A DNA stretch of 64,000 nt from an uncultured Muribaculaceae bacterium (GCA_964616485.1 CAZTRB010000005.1:11592-75591), one strand, 5' to 3'; shown: positions 43,501 to 54,525, counted from the stretch's first letter. Program-made: numbers and translations. Notes: generated by a model not told the origin, from the sequence alone.

Positions 43501-44805
43501 TTAATCACTTCTATTTTTAAACTGTAATACTATCGGAGTACCACTTAATTCAAAATTTTCTCTTAATTTATTTTCTAAATATCTCTCGTATGAAAAGTGA
43601 ACGAGATTTTTATTATTAACATGAAATGTATATTTAGGAGGTTTCTTTCCCGTTTGATTGACAAAATATATCTTAAGTCTCTTACCTTTATAAGATGGTG
43701 GTGGATTTAATGTGTATGCTTCAATCATAACTTCAGATAAAAGACTACTCGCTATTTCTCTACTTATATTTTCTTTTACTTTAAGTATCTCAGGCATAAT
43801 AGTATGAATTCTCTTTTTAGTTAAAGCCGATGTAAATACGATCGGTACATAACTTAAAAATTGAAACTCTGATCTTACTTTCTTAGTATATTCTCTTATA
43901 TCCATATCTTTAACAGTATCCCATTTGTTAACGACGATTATTAATCCTTTACCACTTTCCAAGACATATCCGGCAATATGTTTATCATGCTCGATAATTC
44001 CTTCTTCCGCATTAATTACTAAGAGACAAATATCGCTACGATCAATCGCCTTCATACTTCTAAGAGCACTATACTTCTCAATATTTTCAAATATTCGTCC
44101 CTTTTTTCTTAATCCAGCTGTGTCGATAGCTACAAACTCTTCATCGTTATATCTGAACACCGTATCAACGGCATCTCTAGTCGTTCCAGGAACATCACTA
44201 ACAATTAAACGGTCTTCATTTAAAAGAGCATTTATAATACTACTCTTACCGACATTGGGCCTTCCAACGACGGAAAACTTTAAACGATTATCTTCTATTG
44301 AATAATCTCTCTTCGGTAAATGCGATACTATTTCATCGAAAAGTTCGATGAAACCGATATTATGCTCTCCACTTACTTGAACATAACTATCGAATCCAAG
44401 CTCATAAAAATCATAGATATTATCGATACTCTTTTTACTATCTACCTTGTTAATAACGACTATTACTTCCTTGTTACTTTTTCTTAACATATCTCTTACT
44501 AAATAGTCGTTACTAGTCAAGCCCTCTTTACCATCGACGATAAATAACACGACATCGGCTTGTTCGATAGCAATTTCCGCTTGCATTTTTATTACGTCAT
44601 TAAATTTTATCTCTTCACTATCGATACCACCGGTATCAATAACATTGAACTTATAATCTCCGTAAGTAGTATCACTATATATCCTGTCTCTAGTAACTCC
44701 AGGAGTATCTTCGATAATAGATATTCTTGAACCGACCATACGATTGAAGATTGTGCTTTTTCCAACATTAGGCGTTCCGACTAATGCGATAATTGGAAGG
44801 TTCAT
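43501..44805 (-). CDS. der: ribosome-associated GTPase Der/EngA
   Basis: Two tandem GTPase domains (GTPNVGKST, GRPNVGKSS; DTGG/DTAG; NKVD/NKWD) and a KH-like C-terminus. Confidence 0.95.
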   Translation of the reverse strand: MNLPIIALVGTPNVGKSTIFNRMVGSRISIIEDTPGVTRDRIYSDTTYGDYKFNVIDTGGIDSEEIKFNDVIKMQAEIAIEQADVVLFIVDGKEGLTSNDYLVRDMLRKSNKEVIVVINKVDSKKSIDNIYDFYELGFDSYVQVSGEHNIGFIELFDEIVSHLPKRDYSIEDNRLKFSVVGRPNVGKSSIINALLNEDRLIVSDVPGTTRDAVDTVFRYNDEEFVAIDTAGLRKKGRIFENIEKYSALRSMKAIDRSDICLLVINAEEGIIEHDKHIAGYVLESGKGLIIVVNKWDTVKDMDIREYTKKVRSEFQFLSYVPIVFTSALTKKRIHTIMPEILKVKENISREIASSLLSEVMIEAYTLNPPPSYKGKRLKIYFVNQTGKKPPKYTFHVNNKNLVHFSYERYLENKLRENFELSGTPIVLQFKNRSD

Positions 44806-44871
44806 ATAATCACCTCGATTTTCTTAATTATAGCAAATTTTCTCATCTTTGTTAACAAAAAAAGAAATAAA

Positions 44872-45483
44872 CTATTTCTCTTTTACTATTTGTTCTATTT
44901 GATTGACAATCTCTTCGCGTCCTAATTTAGTAACACTTGAAAAAAGAACGATATTGTCTCCGACAATTATATCTAAAGTATCTTTAAGTTGTTTTAAATT
45001 CTTCTCTTTTTCTCTAGAACTAACTTTATCTGTCTTTGTAGCAACGATCGTTACCGGTATTTGATAATGCTTTAAATAATTATACATTAAGACATCATCA
45101 CTACTAGGTTTATGACGAAAATCGACTAATAGAAAGACTCTCTTTAACTCGTCTCTTTTCTCCAAATACTCTTCTACCATAAGACCAAACTTCTTAATTT
45201 CCTCTTTACTAGTATCAGCATAACCGTAACCGGGCACATCGACTAAATAAAAGCTATTATCGACATTAAAGAAATTTAAAGTACTAGTCTTTCCAGGCTT
45301 AGAAGAAATACGAGCCATGTTTCTTCTATTGACAATCGTATTTAAGAAACTACTCTTACCGACATTACTGCGTCCTAACATAATGAATTCTTTCATGCCA
45401 TCTTCCGGATATTGACTTCTTCTAACGGCACTTATAAATAAATCGACATTATTAAAATTCATCTCTCTCACCTTGACTTTCAA
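44872..45483 (-). CDS. engB: ribosome biogenesis GTPase EngB/YsxC
   Basis: GRSNVGKSSFLN, DVPGYGY and TKTDK motifs. The start may instead be M8 (45462). Confidence 0.9.
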   Translation of the reverse strand: MKVKVREMNFNNVDLFISAVRRSQYPEDGMKEFIMLGRSNVGKSSFLNTIVNRRNMARISSKPGKTSTLNFFNVDNSFYLVDVPGYGYADTSKEEIKKFGLMVEEYLEKRDELKRVFLLVDFRHKPSSDDVLMYNYLKHYQIPVTIVATKTDKVSSREKEKNLKQLKDTLDIIVGDNIVLFSSVTKLGREEIVNQIEQIVKEK

Positions 45484-46426
45484 TATACTCTTTACAAGTA
45501 TTGTCTAAATCTCTAATAAAAGGCATGACTTCATCCATACTAGAAAGTCTAGCACCAGAAGCAAATTGATGACCTCCACCCCTATATTTTTCAGCTACAG
45601 TATTTATTATCGGACCACGTGATCTAATATTAAACTTGATTATATTATTTTTAATATCTTCTGATACCGTAACCCATACCAAGATTTCTTCGATATTATT
45701 AAAGTTATTTATTAAGTTTCCAGCACTACTAGCATCTACTCCATACTCGGTCATTATATCGTTAGTAATGATTGTATAAGCAAGCTTATTGTCAGTAACA
45801 ATCATGTTTTGAGATATATAACCTTGTAATTTTATCTCATTTAAAGGCCTTAAATATAACTTTTGATATAAGTCTTCGACATCTAAGTGATACTTCTCAA
45901 TAAGCTCGGCAACAATTCTCAAAGTATTGTGATTACTATTGAAAAGGAATCTGTTAGTGTCCGATATTATACCTAAAAACAAATACTTAGCTACCTCTTC
46001 ATCAAGTTGTAAGTTGTTTTCTTTTATAAAACGATAGACTAATTCTGAGGCACTACTTGCCGTAGTATCTACATACTCTAAAGGGCCGAAAACATCGATT
46101 GCTGGATGATGGTCTATCTTGCATATCTCTTTATACAAATCGACATTAGAAGCTTCAATTCTCTTCATATCGGGCGTATCGACGACGATAAGTAAAGCTT
46201 CTTTATCTTTAGGATCAAACTTATCTAATTTAGGAAAATAGTTATACTTAGCACTCTTAGCTCCGACTGCATATATTTCTTTATCTTTAAAGGCTAACTT
46301 TAAAGATTCTTTTAAAGCTAGTTGTGCTCCCAAGGCATCGGGATCAACTCCGATATGCCTAGCGATTACTATTATCTTATATTCTTTTACTTTTTTATAT
46401 ATTTTTTTTAACATTGGTACATCCAT
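45452..46426 (-). CDS. nrnA: DHH/DHHA1 phosphoesterase NrnA (oligoribonuclease / pAp phosphatase)
   Basis: DHH motifs (HIGVDPDALGA, VDTPD, KIDHHP) and the DHHA1 motif GGGHQFASGA. The start is either 46426 or 46414. Confidence 0.85.
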   Translation of the reverse strand: MDVPMLKKIYKKVKEYKIIVIARHIGVDPDALGAQLALKESLKLAFKDKEIYAVGAKSAKYNYFPKLDKFDPKDKEALLIVVDTPDMKRIEASNVDLYKEICKIDHHPAIDVFGPLEYVDTTASSASELVYRFIKENNLQLDEEVAKYLFLGIISDTNRFLFNSNHNTLRIVAELIEKYHLDVEDLYQKLYLRPLNEIKLQGYISQNMIVTDNKLAYTIITNDIMTEYGVDASSAGNLINNFNNIEEILVWVTVSEDIKNNIIKFNIRSRGPIINTVAEKYRGGGHQFASGARLSSMDEVMPFIRDLDNTCKEYIESQGERDEF

Positions 46427-46427
46427 T

Positions 46428-47609
46428 CTATTTGTTAATTATTTCCACCGTATCTCTTGCAATCATTAACTCTTCGTCCGTCGGTACAGTATATACTAAG
46501 ACACTAGAGTCTTCACTACTAATTTTAGCAAAAGTACCACGAGCTTTATTAGCTTCATTGTCTATCTTAATTCCAAGACAATTTAGTTTCTCGATTATTT
46601 CTGCACGAGATTCAGGACTTCGCTCACCTATTCCCGCCGTAAAGCAAATAGCGTCTACTTTACCTAACTGAACATAATACTGAGCTATATATTTAACGAT
46701 CGAGTTAACGAACATCTCTTGAGCGAGAATACAGTTTTCATCTCCTCTTTTAATACCTTCTTCGATATCGCGAGAATCACTACTTACGCGGCTTACTCCT
46801 AAAAGACCAGATTTCTTATTTAAGTCATTCATTACCTCGGTAGCACTCTTTCCTTCTTTTTCCATAACATAAGGAATAATAGATACGTCGATATCACCAC
46901 TTCTTGTTCCCATTACGACACCGGCATGAGGAGTAAATCCCATCGAAGTATCGATACATTTACCGTCTCTAACAGCAGTTATACTAGAACCGTTACCTAA
47001 GTGACAAGAGATAATATTAATATCTTCTCTTCCTAATTCTTCCATCATACGAAGAGTAATAAACCTGTGAGAAGTACCGTGAGCCCCATATTTTCTAACC
47101 GAATAATCTTCATACCAAGTATGTGGTACCGGATACAAGTATCTCTCTCTTGTCATCGTTTGATGAAACGCTGTATCAAAAACAGCTACCATCGGAGTCT
47201 TTGGTAAAACTTCTCTAAAAGCCTCGATACACGTGACATTTGCCGGATTATGAAGTGGAGCAAATTCATTGAAACTAATTATATCTGCTAATACTTCATC
47301 AGTTATCATGATCGAAGAGACATACTTGTCTTTACCATGAACGACACGATGACCAACTCCCTCTATCTCTTCATAATTAGAGATTACTTGGAGTTCTATT
47401 AATTTATCTAATAAGAGTTTAACGGCTACTGCATGATTTTCTAATTCATTTTCAACAACGATCTTATCACCCTTATACTTTAGAGCATAACGTCCTCCCT
47501 CAATTCCTATTCTTTCAAATAGTCCTGATATTAAAACTTCTTCACTATTAATATCAAATAAAGAAAATTTTAAAGAACTACTTCCTGCATTAATCGACAT
47601 TATTTTCAT
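46428..47609 (-). CDS. ackA: acetate kinase
   Basis: MKIMSINAGSSSLKFSLF at the N-terminus, GHRVVHGK, and FTAGIGE near the C-terminus. Confidence 0.95.
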   Translation of the reverse strand: MKIMSINAGSSSLKFSLFDINSEEVLISGLFERIGIEGGRYALKYKGDKIVVENELENHAVAVKLLLDKLIELQVISNYEEIEGVGHRVVHGKDKYVSSIMITDEVLADIISFNEFAPLHNPANVTCIEAFREVLPKTPMVAVFDTAFHQTMTRERYLYPVPHTWYEDYSVRKYGAHGTSHRFITLRMMEELGREDINIISCHLGNGSSITAVRDGKCIDTSMGFTPHAGVVMGTRSGDIDVSIIPYVMEKEGKSATEVMNDLNKKSGLLGVSRVSSDSRDIEEGIKRGDENCILAQEMFVNSIVKYIAQYYVQLGKVDAICFTAGIGERSPESRAEIIEKLNCLGIKIDNEANKARGTFAKISSEDSSVLVYTVPTDEELMIARDTVEIINK

Positions 47610-47665
47610 AAATTTACCTCTTTCAATAAGACTATTTTAACAAAGATTACCTTATTTGTGAACAC

Positions 47666-48853
47666 TTACAACAAATATTCAAAATTATCTTCTTCTTTTT
47701 CGGTAATGGTAATAGTCTCTATCTTACTTATCGTCTCATCAATCTTCGTTTCATAATCGATCTTTTTCTCTTCTTCTAGACACTCACTTAAGTAAGGATG
47801 AATAACGGGATGCTCTGGTACAAAGATCGTACAACAGTCTTCGAAAGGAAGAATGCTCGTATTATATGTATCTATTTCCTCAGCTATCTTAATTATATCT
47901 AATTTATCCATGCAAGCGACGGGTCTTATAACGGGCATATTAGTAACTTCGTTTATAACCGACATACTCCTAAGAGTCTGACTAGCTACTTGACCTATTG
48001 ATTCACCATTTATTAACACTTGGCACTTTCTTCTCTTAGCATATTTATCAGCTATCCTATACATCATACGACGCATGATCGTAATCATATAATCTTTACT
48101 CATATTTTGATAAATCGCTTCTTGTATATCGGTAAAAGGAACGATATGTAATTTAATTTCTTTGGTATAAGCAGCTAATTTTCTAGTAAGAGTAATGACT
48201 TTCTTTCTAGCATCTAAACTAGTATGAGGAAGTGCTTCAAAATATAACATCTCGGCATTAATTCCTCTTCTCATCGAAAGATAAGCGGCTACTGGCGAAT
48301 CGATACCACCACTTAACATGACTAACCCCTTACCCATACTATTAAGTGGATAACCACCTAAACCATTATAACTATCTGTATATATATAGACATATTCATT
48401 TCTAATCTCGATACTTACTAATAATTCTGGATTAGTAACATTAACCTTTTTATCTTTAGTATTCTTAAGTATAAGCCCACCCATTTGTCTAGAAAACTCA
48501 AGACTAGAGACGGGAAAAGTCTTATCACTACGTTTCGTTTCTACTTTAAACGTAGAAAAACTTTTATCTTTGATTATAGATAAAAGTGTCTTTTCGATAG
48601 TTTCAATATCTTTACTTATCTTATAAGCTAAAACATACTTATGAATTCCAAAAGTCTTATTAATTACTTTTAAAATCTCTTCTTTATCTTTAATATCAAA
48701 CTCTATATACATACGAGCAAGATCTTTTCTTATTTTAACATTATAATTAAGTAGTTTTTCATCTAAATCTCTATAAAGTAGACCTATAAAGAAATTACGA
48801 TTATTCTTTTTAGTATTAAGTTCACCATACTTAATCATTATAACTAGATTCAT
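47666..48853 (-). CDS. thiI: tRNA 4-thiouridine synthase ThiI
   Basis: THUMP-type N-terminus (IKYGELNTKKNNR.FF) and PP-loop SGGIDSPVAAY. ATG at 48851-48853 with AAGAGGTG upstream. Confidence 0.9.
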   Translation of the reverse strand: MNLVIMIKYGELNTKKNNRNFFIGLLYRDLDEKLLNYNVKIRKDLARMYIEFDIKDKEEILKVINKTFGIHKYVLAYKISKDIETIEKTLLSIIKDKSFSTFKVETKRSDKTFPVSSLEFSRQMGGLILKNTKDKKVNVTNPELLVSIEIRNEYVYIYTDSYNGLGGYPLNSMGKGLVMLSGGIDSPVAAYLSMRRGINAEMLYFEALPHTSLDARKKVITLTRKLAAYTKEIKLHIVPFTDIQEAIYQNMSKDYMITIMRRMMYRIADKYAKRRKCQVLINGESIGQVASQTLRSMSVINEVTNMPVIRPVACMDKLDIIKIAEEIDTYNTSILPFEDCCTIFVPEHPVIHPYLSECLEEEKKIDYETKIDETISKIETITITEKEEDNFEYLL

Positions 48854-48867
48854 AAGCACCTCTTTTG

Positions 48868-49482
48868 TTATTTTACTTCGGTAATATAGAGTTTTTCCTC
48901 TACATGGACAATGACTAAATCTACTTTAGTTGGATAAGATAAATTTTCGACATAAGTTATATCTACTGTCGTTTTAAAACACTTATCATCCTTTAAATCG
49001 TCTTTGATATAAGAACACTTACCTTCAACTAATTTAGAAGTAGCTTCTTTTACTATTGGAAGCTTTTGCTTTCTATCTCCATAAACATTATTCTCAACAT
49101 ATTTATAGATCGTATCTTTAGCTGCTAAAGAGAAATTATCTTTTGCCGGAACATAGATAAACTCTATTCCACCAATATCTGAATTAGTTACTTTGCTGTT
49201 TAAATCGTAAAAATCTGCTGCAAATAATTCACTTATAATCAAGGCATAATCTTCTTCGACAATAGTTTCATTATTTAAGACTTCTTTTAATTTCTCAAAT
49301 TTTTCTTTATATAAATCAGTCTTATTTTCGTATAAGACATAACCATATTTCTCAATAGTCTCTAAGACCTTAACTTCTTCTATTACTTCTGGAGAAGATT
49401 TGAAAAAATAATACCATACTCCTACAAAAGCGACTAATAAGACGATTAAAAATACTAAAAACCACATTACTTTTCTCTTCAT
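48868..49482 (-). CDS. hypothetical membrane-anchored extracytoplasmic protein (204 aa)
   Basis: N-terminal TM helix or signal (WFLVFLIVLLVAFVGVWYYFF). No known motif. It sits 1 nt from the ltaS-like gene. Confidence 0.7.
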   Translation of the reverse strand: MKRKVMWFLVFLIVLLVAFVGVWYYFFKSSPEVIEEVKVLETIEKYGYVLYENKTDLYKEKFEKLKEVLNNETIVEEDYALIISELFAADFYDLNSKVTNSDIGGIEFIYVPAKDNFSLAAKDTIYKYVENNVYGDRKQKLPIVKEATSKLVEGKCSYIKDDLKDDKCFKTTVDITYVENLSYPTKVDLVIVHVEEKLYITEVK

Positions 49483-49483
49483 A

Positions 49484-51568
49484 TTAACTCCCTTTAATAA
49501 TATCTTCTTCGTTTACTACCGTTAATCTAGAATTCTTTATCAAGTCATATATTAGAATGTCATTAGATACTCTTAGTAACTTATCTACAAATTCCGTATT
49601 CTTAACGACTTCTTCTTGATTGACAATAGCGTTACCAAATACATAAGTCTCTTTTTTTCTACTGTTATAATACATATCTTTATTTAACCAACTACCATTT
49701 GGAAAAGGTACGAGGTTATTCTCCTTAACGCTGAATATATCTCTACCCAATGCATAATTATTATAAAAACCAAACATGTTTCCTAAAGTCGGCATTACGT
49801 TATACATAGCCATCGGATAACTAATTACTTCTGGTTTAACATCAGAGTCTTTAGACCATATTATTAATGGGACTCTCTTGATAAGTTCATAATCATACTC
49901 ATTGAAAGGTACATAATCAGGATCTTCTTCATCTAAAACAGCATCGTTTTCTTTATCATAGTTATAGAAACGTACATAGTTATCAAATGGTAATTTAGCA
50001 TCGTGATCACCATAGAGTACAATGACTGTGTTTTCTAACAATCCTTTGTCTTCTAATTCTTCTAATAATACTCCTAAAGCATAATCGGCATAATGAGCAG
50101 ACTTAATATAATTACCAAACTTAGTTCCTTCCATATAAGGATAAACGATCTCTTCAGTCTCACCAATTTCCTCATTATAAACTAATTCTTTTATATCGAC
50201 GGCAAACTCACCGTATTTATCTACTTGATTAAAAGGAGTATGATTGGTAAGCATGATAAGTGTCGCATAATAATTATCGTGCTCTTTCGCTATCTCTTCT
50301 ATTTTTAATACCGATTGTTTAAAGAAAGAAACATCGGATAAACCAAGGCCGATTATTTCATCGATCTCGTAATCAGTCTTTCCATATAAACGGTCATACC
50401 CCAAACTTTTATGCATAACTCTTCTGTTCCAATAGTCAGCATTATTACCATGCATCGAAAAGGCATAATATTCTTTTTCTTTTAATAATTTTGGTATAGA
50501 AATATACTCTTTATCGGCATAATTGCCAAAAGCCGTACCGACATTAGCCGGCATTAACGAAGTGTTAAAAGTAAACTCCGTATCACTACTATTACCTACG
50601 TTAACATGGGCAAAAAAGTTATCGAAATAAAGCCCAGAAGACGCTAATTTGTTTAAATTAGGAGTTACTTCTTCGCCATTAAATTTTAATCCGATTAAGA
50701 AAGATTGAAGACTTTCACCGTGTATAGATATTATATTCTTACCCTCATATACATTGGTATATTTATTACTCTTTTCTTTTATTGGAGTTTCAAAATATTC
50801 ATTAAAGTTTTTAAGGGCATTATCAAATCCAAAAAGAGAAGCAAATTTAGGTTCAAGGCTTTTCACCATATCATTTAAATGATATGGAAAGATACCAAAT
50901 CTCATAACGATGTTTTCCCTATTCCACTGTCTCATTAAAGTACCATAATCATTATCTCTTAATTGTAATAAGAAAAATATCGTAGAAAAAACTGCAAAAG
51001 CAAAAGTAGCTTTAGCTAATTTTTTAGAAGTCTTTAAAAACCCCGTATTTTTATAATAATCGTTTTTTAAATAATGACGATGAAAATAATATAAAATTAT
51101 CGGTGCTAATAGATATAGAAGATCTTTGATTTCAAAGACATTTTCTATAACGGCATCTCCGACAGCAACGATAAACTTCATCGTCGAAAGTTGAGATATA
51201 GAAGCGAAAGAAGTATAGTTCGTATAATAAGAAGAGTTAATTAAACAAATAAGAGATAAGATAAAAGTAATTGAAAACATATAAGTAAACTTATATTTAT
51301 CTTTTAATAGATAAGAGATTGAACCGATCAATAATATAAAGGAAAAGTCTCCTAATAGAGGAGAATAGTCTAATAGATTATCAATCGAATTTATCGTTAA
51401 ATATCTAAGTAACCAAGCATTAAAAACATTTAAAAAAACAAACAATACAAATAATTTATTGTTCTTTAAATATGTTACAAAAGAATTTTTAAAATTTAAA
51501 AGACTTCCTTTCGGATTATTTTTAAATGTATTATAATTTTTTTTAATCTTTCTAAATAACTTCTTCAT
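49484..51568 (-). CDS. ltaS: LTA synthase family protein (LtaS-type sulfatase-fold enzyme with 5-TM N-terminus)
   Basis: N-terminal polytopic region plus an extracellular sulfatase-like domain (HGESLQSF, NSSDTEFTFNTSLMP, MHGNNADYWNR, YGDHD). Confidence 0.85.
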   Translation of the reverse strand: MKKLFRKIKKNYNTFKNNPKGSLLNFKNSFVTYLKNNKLFVLFVFLNVFNAWLLRYLTINSIDNLLDYSPLLGDFSFILLIGSISYLLKDKYKFTYMFSITFILSLICLINSSYYTNYTSFASISQLSTMKFIVAVGDAVIENVFEIKDLLYLLAPIILYYFHRHYLKNDYYKNTGFLKTSKKLAKATFAFAVFSTIFFLLQLRDNDYGTLMRQWNRENIVMRFGIFPYHLNDMVKSLEPKFASLFGFDNALKNFNEYFETPIKEKSNKYTNVYEGKNIISIHGESLQSFLIGLKFNGEEVTPNLNKLASSGLYFDNFFAHVNVGNSSDTEFTFNTSLMPANVGTAFGNYADKEYISIPKLLKEKEYYAFSMHGNNADYWNRRVMHKSLGYDRLYGKTDYEIDEIIGLGLSDVSFFKQSVLKIEEIAKEHDNYYATLIMLTNHTPFNQVDKYGEFAVDIKELVYNEEIGETEEIVYPYMEGTKFGNYIKSAHYADYALGVLLEELEDKGLLENTVIVLYGDHDAKLPFDNYVRFYNYDKENDAVLDEEDPDYVPFNEYDYELIKRVPLIIWSKDSDVKPEVISYPMAMYNVMPTLGNMFGFYNNYALGRDIFSVKENNLVPFPNGSWLNKDMYYNSRKKETYVFGNAIVNQEEVVKNTEFVDKLLRVSNDILIYDLIKNSRLTVVNEEDIIKGS

Positions 51569-51613
51569 CCGTATACCTCGCGATTATATTATAGCAAAAA
51601 CAAACACTTCTTT

Positions 51614-52450
51614 CTAGTTTTTATTTCTCTCTTCTTTGTTTTTTAAATGGTTATATGAGTTTAAAATCATTCCTAAAACAAAGATATAAGATAAGACATA
51701 AAGCCATAGCATTAAGAATAAGAGACTAGACATGCTACCATAGAAAGTCTCATATCCAGTGTAAAAATCAATATAATATGAGTATAAAAAAGTACTTATT
51801 ACCCACATAATAGAAGTAAATAAAGTCCCAGCATTTAACTCTTTACTATTTAATCTAATACTAGGAGCGATATAATATAAAAATTTGACTGCTAAATAAA
51901 TAAAGAGAAAAGAGATTGGGTATTTAAATAAATTAAATACTAAATAATAAATACTATCAGTTATATTCGTATTAGTTACGATTGATCCGATTATTCTAAA
52001 TATTAAGTTACCAAAAGCAGGCACCAACAATAAGAAAACGAATAGTATAATAAGAACGATAAACATGAAAAAAGACTTTATCTTTTTCTTTAAATAGTTT
52101 TTATCGTCGACTTTATATATAGAATTAGAGGCAATTATTATCGAGTATGTCCCATTAGATGCTAACAAAACGGTCGGTATTAAAACTATCCATAAACTTA
52201 GACTCGAAATATCACTCTTAGATACTCCTATGATTAGATTAGCGACATTAGTAGGTAAGTTATTATGAATAATAGTCGTCATACTCTCCGAAGAGATACT
52301 AAATTTTGTCAAAACAGCACCGAGTAACACCAGTAAAGGGACTAACATCATCATTAAATAAAAAGCCAGGTGAGCAGGTAAAACACTCATCTCTGGCCTT
52401 TTTATAAGATTATATATTTCCTTGAAAAAGGCTGTTACTTTTCTCTTCAT
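51614..52450 (-). CDS. YihY/BrkB family membrane protein
   Basis: SVLPAHLAFYLMMMLVPLLVLL at the N-terminus and six TM segments, typical of the YihY family. Confidence 0.8.
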   Translation of the reverse strand: MKRKVTAFFKEIYNLIKRPEMSVLPAHLAFYLMMMLVPLLVLLGAVLTKFSISSESMTTIIHNNLPTNVANLIIGVSKSDISSLSLWIVLIPTVLLASNGTYSIIIASNSIYKVDDKNYLKKKIKSFFMFIVLIILFVFLLLVPAFGNLIFRIIGSIVTNTNITDSIYYLVFNLFKYPISFLFIYLAVKFLYYIAPSIRLNSKELNAGTLFTSIMWVISTFLYSYYIDFYTGYETFYGSMSSLLFLMLWLYVLSYIFVLGMILNSYNHLKNKEERNKN

Positions 52451-52462
52451 TTTAAGACCTTC

Positions 52463-54514
52463 TTACTTATATTCCTCTTTATCTTTACGCATTTCTAAAG
52501 TAGCTTCATTTATAGCATCATCAATCGTCTTTATCTCATCGATAATCATACTAAAACCAATAGCAGCACCAAATCCATAAGGAAGAGTCTTTAACTCTTT
52601 AGAAATCTTTTTAGCATAAGTAGTAACTTGTTGTTCACTGTATCCGACCAAATAAATTAAGAATTCATTTCCATCAGTTCTTATAATCTCAGTCTTTTCA
52701 AGCTGAGTATTAACTAAAATACTAGCAGCACCAATAATAAGCTTATCACCTTGATCATAACCATAATTGTCATTTACATATTTAACATTATTTAAGTCGA
52801 TTACGATTATACCTTGTGGATACTTATCACTATCATTCCATAGTTTTTTACTAAAGTTTAAGTAATTTCTATTCTTAAGAGAAGTTAACATATCAGTATA
52901 TTTACGACGCTCTTCTTTCTTAACATATTTTTTCTCTTTAAAACTTCTTAATATTAGAATAACGACTAAGATAGCTATGATAGGAATGATTAAGATAACA
53001 AAAAGTATTACATATAATTCTTCAAAAGAACTCTTTTCTAAAAGTGTTAGATTAAGACTGCTTAGACCTTCGTTACGATAATTATAATAAGAGTTAGTAC
53101 TTATTATATAGTCGAATATTTTATGTAAGACTTTATTGCTATCATCATTTTTAACCATAAAATTATAGTCTTTAGTAATCGTCGATTCAAATAAAATCTC
53201 ATAATCAGAAAACTTATTATTTTTGTAATAGTTATATACTTCTTTATCGACGACGACTAAGTTACCATTAGAACTCTTAAGTAGACTGTCTAGAGTTTGT
53301 GCTGGTACGAGAGCAGCTTTGCTACTATCTTTAAAATAATTATAAATAGCATTGTTTTCTAATAAGTATACTTTTCTACCTTTAGTCGACTCAAAAGTAT
53401 TAACGACAAACTTATCTTTAGCTTTTCCTAAGACGACATATTTCTCGATAAACGGAGAAATAGTAGGTACGTAATTACTATGTTCAAAATCATAGTAATT
53501 AAAGTAAATATCAACTTCCCCCTTATTAATAGCTTCTTTTAAAGCTTCAAGGGTATCGTATTTATTAAAAGTTATTACCTTATCACTCATTAATCTTTGC
53601 ATCCTACCAATGTATTCAGCAGCTATTCCCGACAATTCCTTCTTGTCTTTTACTTCGTAAGGATAGTTTTCTACATAACCATAAATATAGTTTTTAGTTA
53701 AAAATTCTGTCTTTTCCTTATCGTTTATATTAGCGGCATTAATATAATAATCTAAAAGCATCTTATTATATACCGAGACGTAATTGTTCTTCTTCCAAGT
53801 CTTAAAATATTTAGTAACGATCTCGTTCATTCTCGAATCATTCTCTTTATCACTTAAAGAGAGAACGATACTTCTACTAAAATCGGTAAATATGTATTTA
53901 ATATGAAAATCTTCTTTTAAAATAGTCTCATTCAGATACATCGTATTAGGAATAATAATCATATCGATAGCGTCTTTTTCATAATCTTCAAAAAGTTTAT
54001 CGGCTTCTTCATAAGTCTTATATTTGACTTGACCATAACTCTTTAAATAATAAATTATCTCATCAGAATCGTTAGCTAAAATTCCAAAAGTCTTACTTCC
54101 CACCTCATTAATTGAGTCATATCTACCTTTTTCTTTACCAATCAAAGCATAGACTTCTTCTTGTAAGAATAAGTCTTTTTCACTTAATACTTCTTTATTA
54201 GTTAAAATTCTAAATCTATAGCCTTTAGAATCGATAACACTTTCTTTTAAAAAAGGAACAACATTAAATTCAAAACCAGTATCTTTACTAAAATCATCGA
54301 TAAATCTTCTAAAAACACCGCCGTTACCAAAAACAGGATAATCACTAAGAATACTAAAATCGACGACTGTCGCTTGATTCTCCTTAATCCATTTATTATC
54401 CGCTACCGTAAACGAATTTTGGTCTTCCTTATTAAAATAATAATATAACGATAAGAATGTCACTATCGCTATTATTAAAGGTATTATAAATAACCATTTC
54501 TTCTTAATTTTCAT
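52463..54514 (-). CDS. membrane sensor protein with two extracytoplasmic SBP-like domains and a degenerate GGDEF domain
   Basis: Signal-anchor, a large extracellular region, a TM helix (VILFVILIIPIIAILVVILIL), then a GGDEF fold (LTSLKNRNYL...IDLNNVKYVNDNYGYDQGD...). The signature reads R-T-D-G-N-E-F (52661-52675, complement) instead of GG(D/E)EF. Confidence 0.8.
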   Translation of the reverse strand: MKIKKKWLFIIPLIIAIVTFLSLYYYFNKEDQNSFTVADNKWIKENQATVVDFSILSDYPVFGNGGVFRRFIDDFSKDTGFEFNVVPFLKESVIDSKGYRFRILTNKEVLSEKDLFLQEEVYALIGKEKGRYDSINEVGSKTFGILANDSDEIIYYLKSYGQVKYKTYEEADKLFEDYEKDAIDMIIIPNTMYLNETILKEDFHIKYIFTDFSRSIVLSLSDKENDSRMNEIVTKYFKTWKKNNYVSVYNKMLLDYYINAANINDKEKTEFLTKNYIYGYVENYPYEVKDKKELSGIAAEYIGRMQRLMSDKVITFNKYDTLEALKEAINKGEVDIYFNYYDFEHSNYVPTISPFIEKYVVLGKAKDKFVVNTFESTKGRKVYLLENNAIYNYFKDSSKAALVPAQTLDSLLKSSNGNLVVVDKEVYNYYKNNKFSDYEILFESTITKDYNFMVKNDDSNKVLHKIFDYIISTNSYYNYRNEGLSSLNLTLLEKSSFEELYVILFVILIIPIIAILVVILILRSFKEKKYVKKEERRKYTDMLTSLKNRNYLNFSKKLWNDSDKYPQGIIVIDLNNVKYVNDNYGYDQGDKLIIGAASILVNTQLEKTEIIRTDGNEFLIYLVGYSEQQVTTYAKKISKELKTLPYGFGAAIGFSMIIDEIKTIDDAINEATLEMRKDKEEYK

Positions 54515-54525
54515 AATTCACCACT

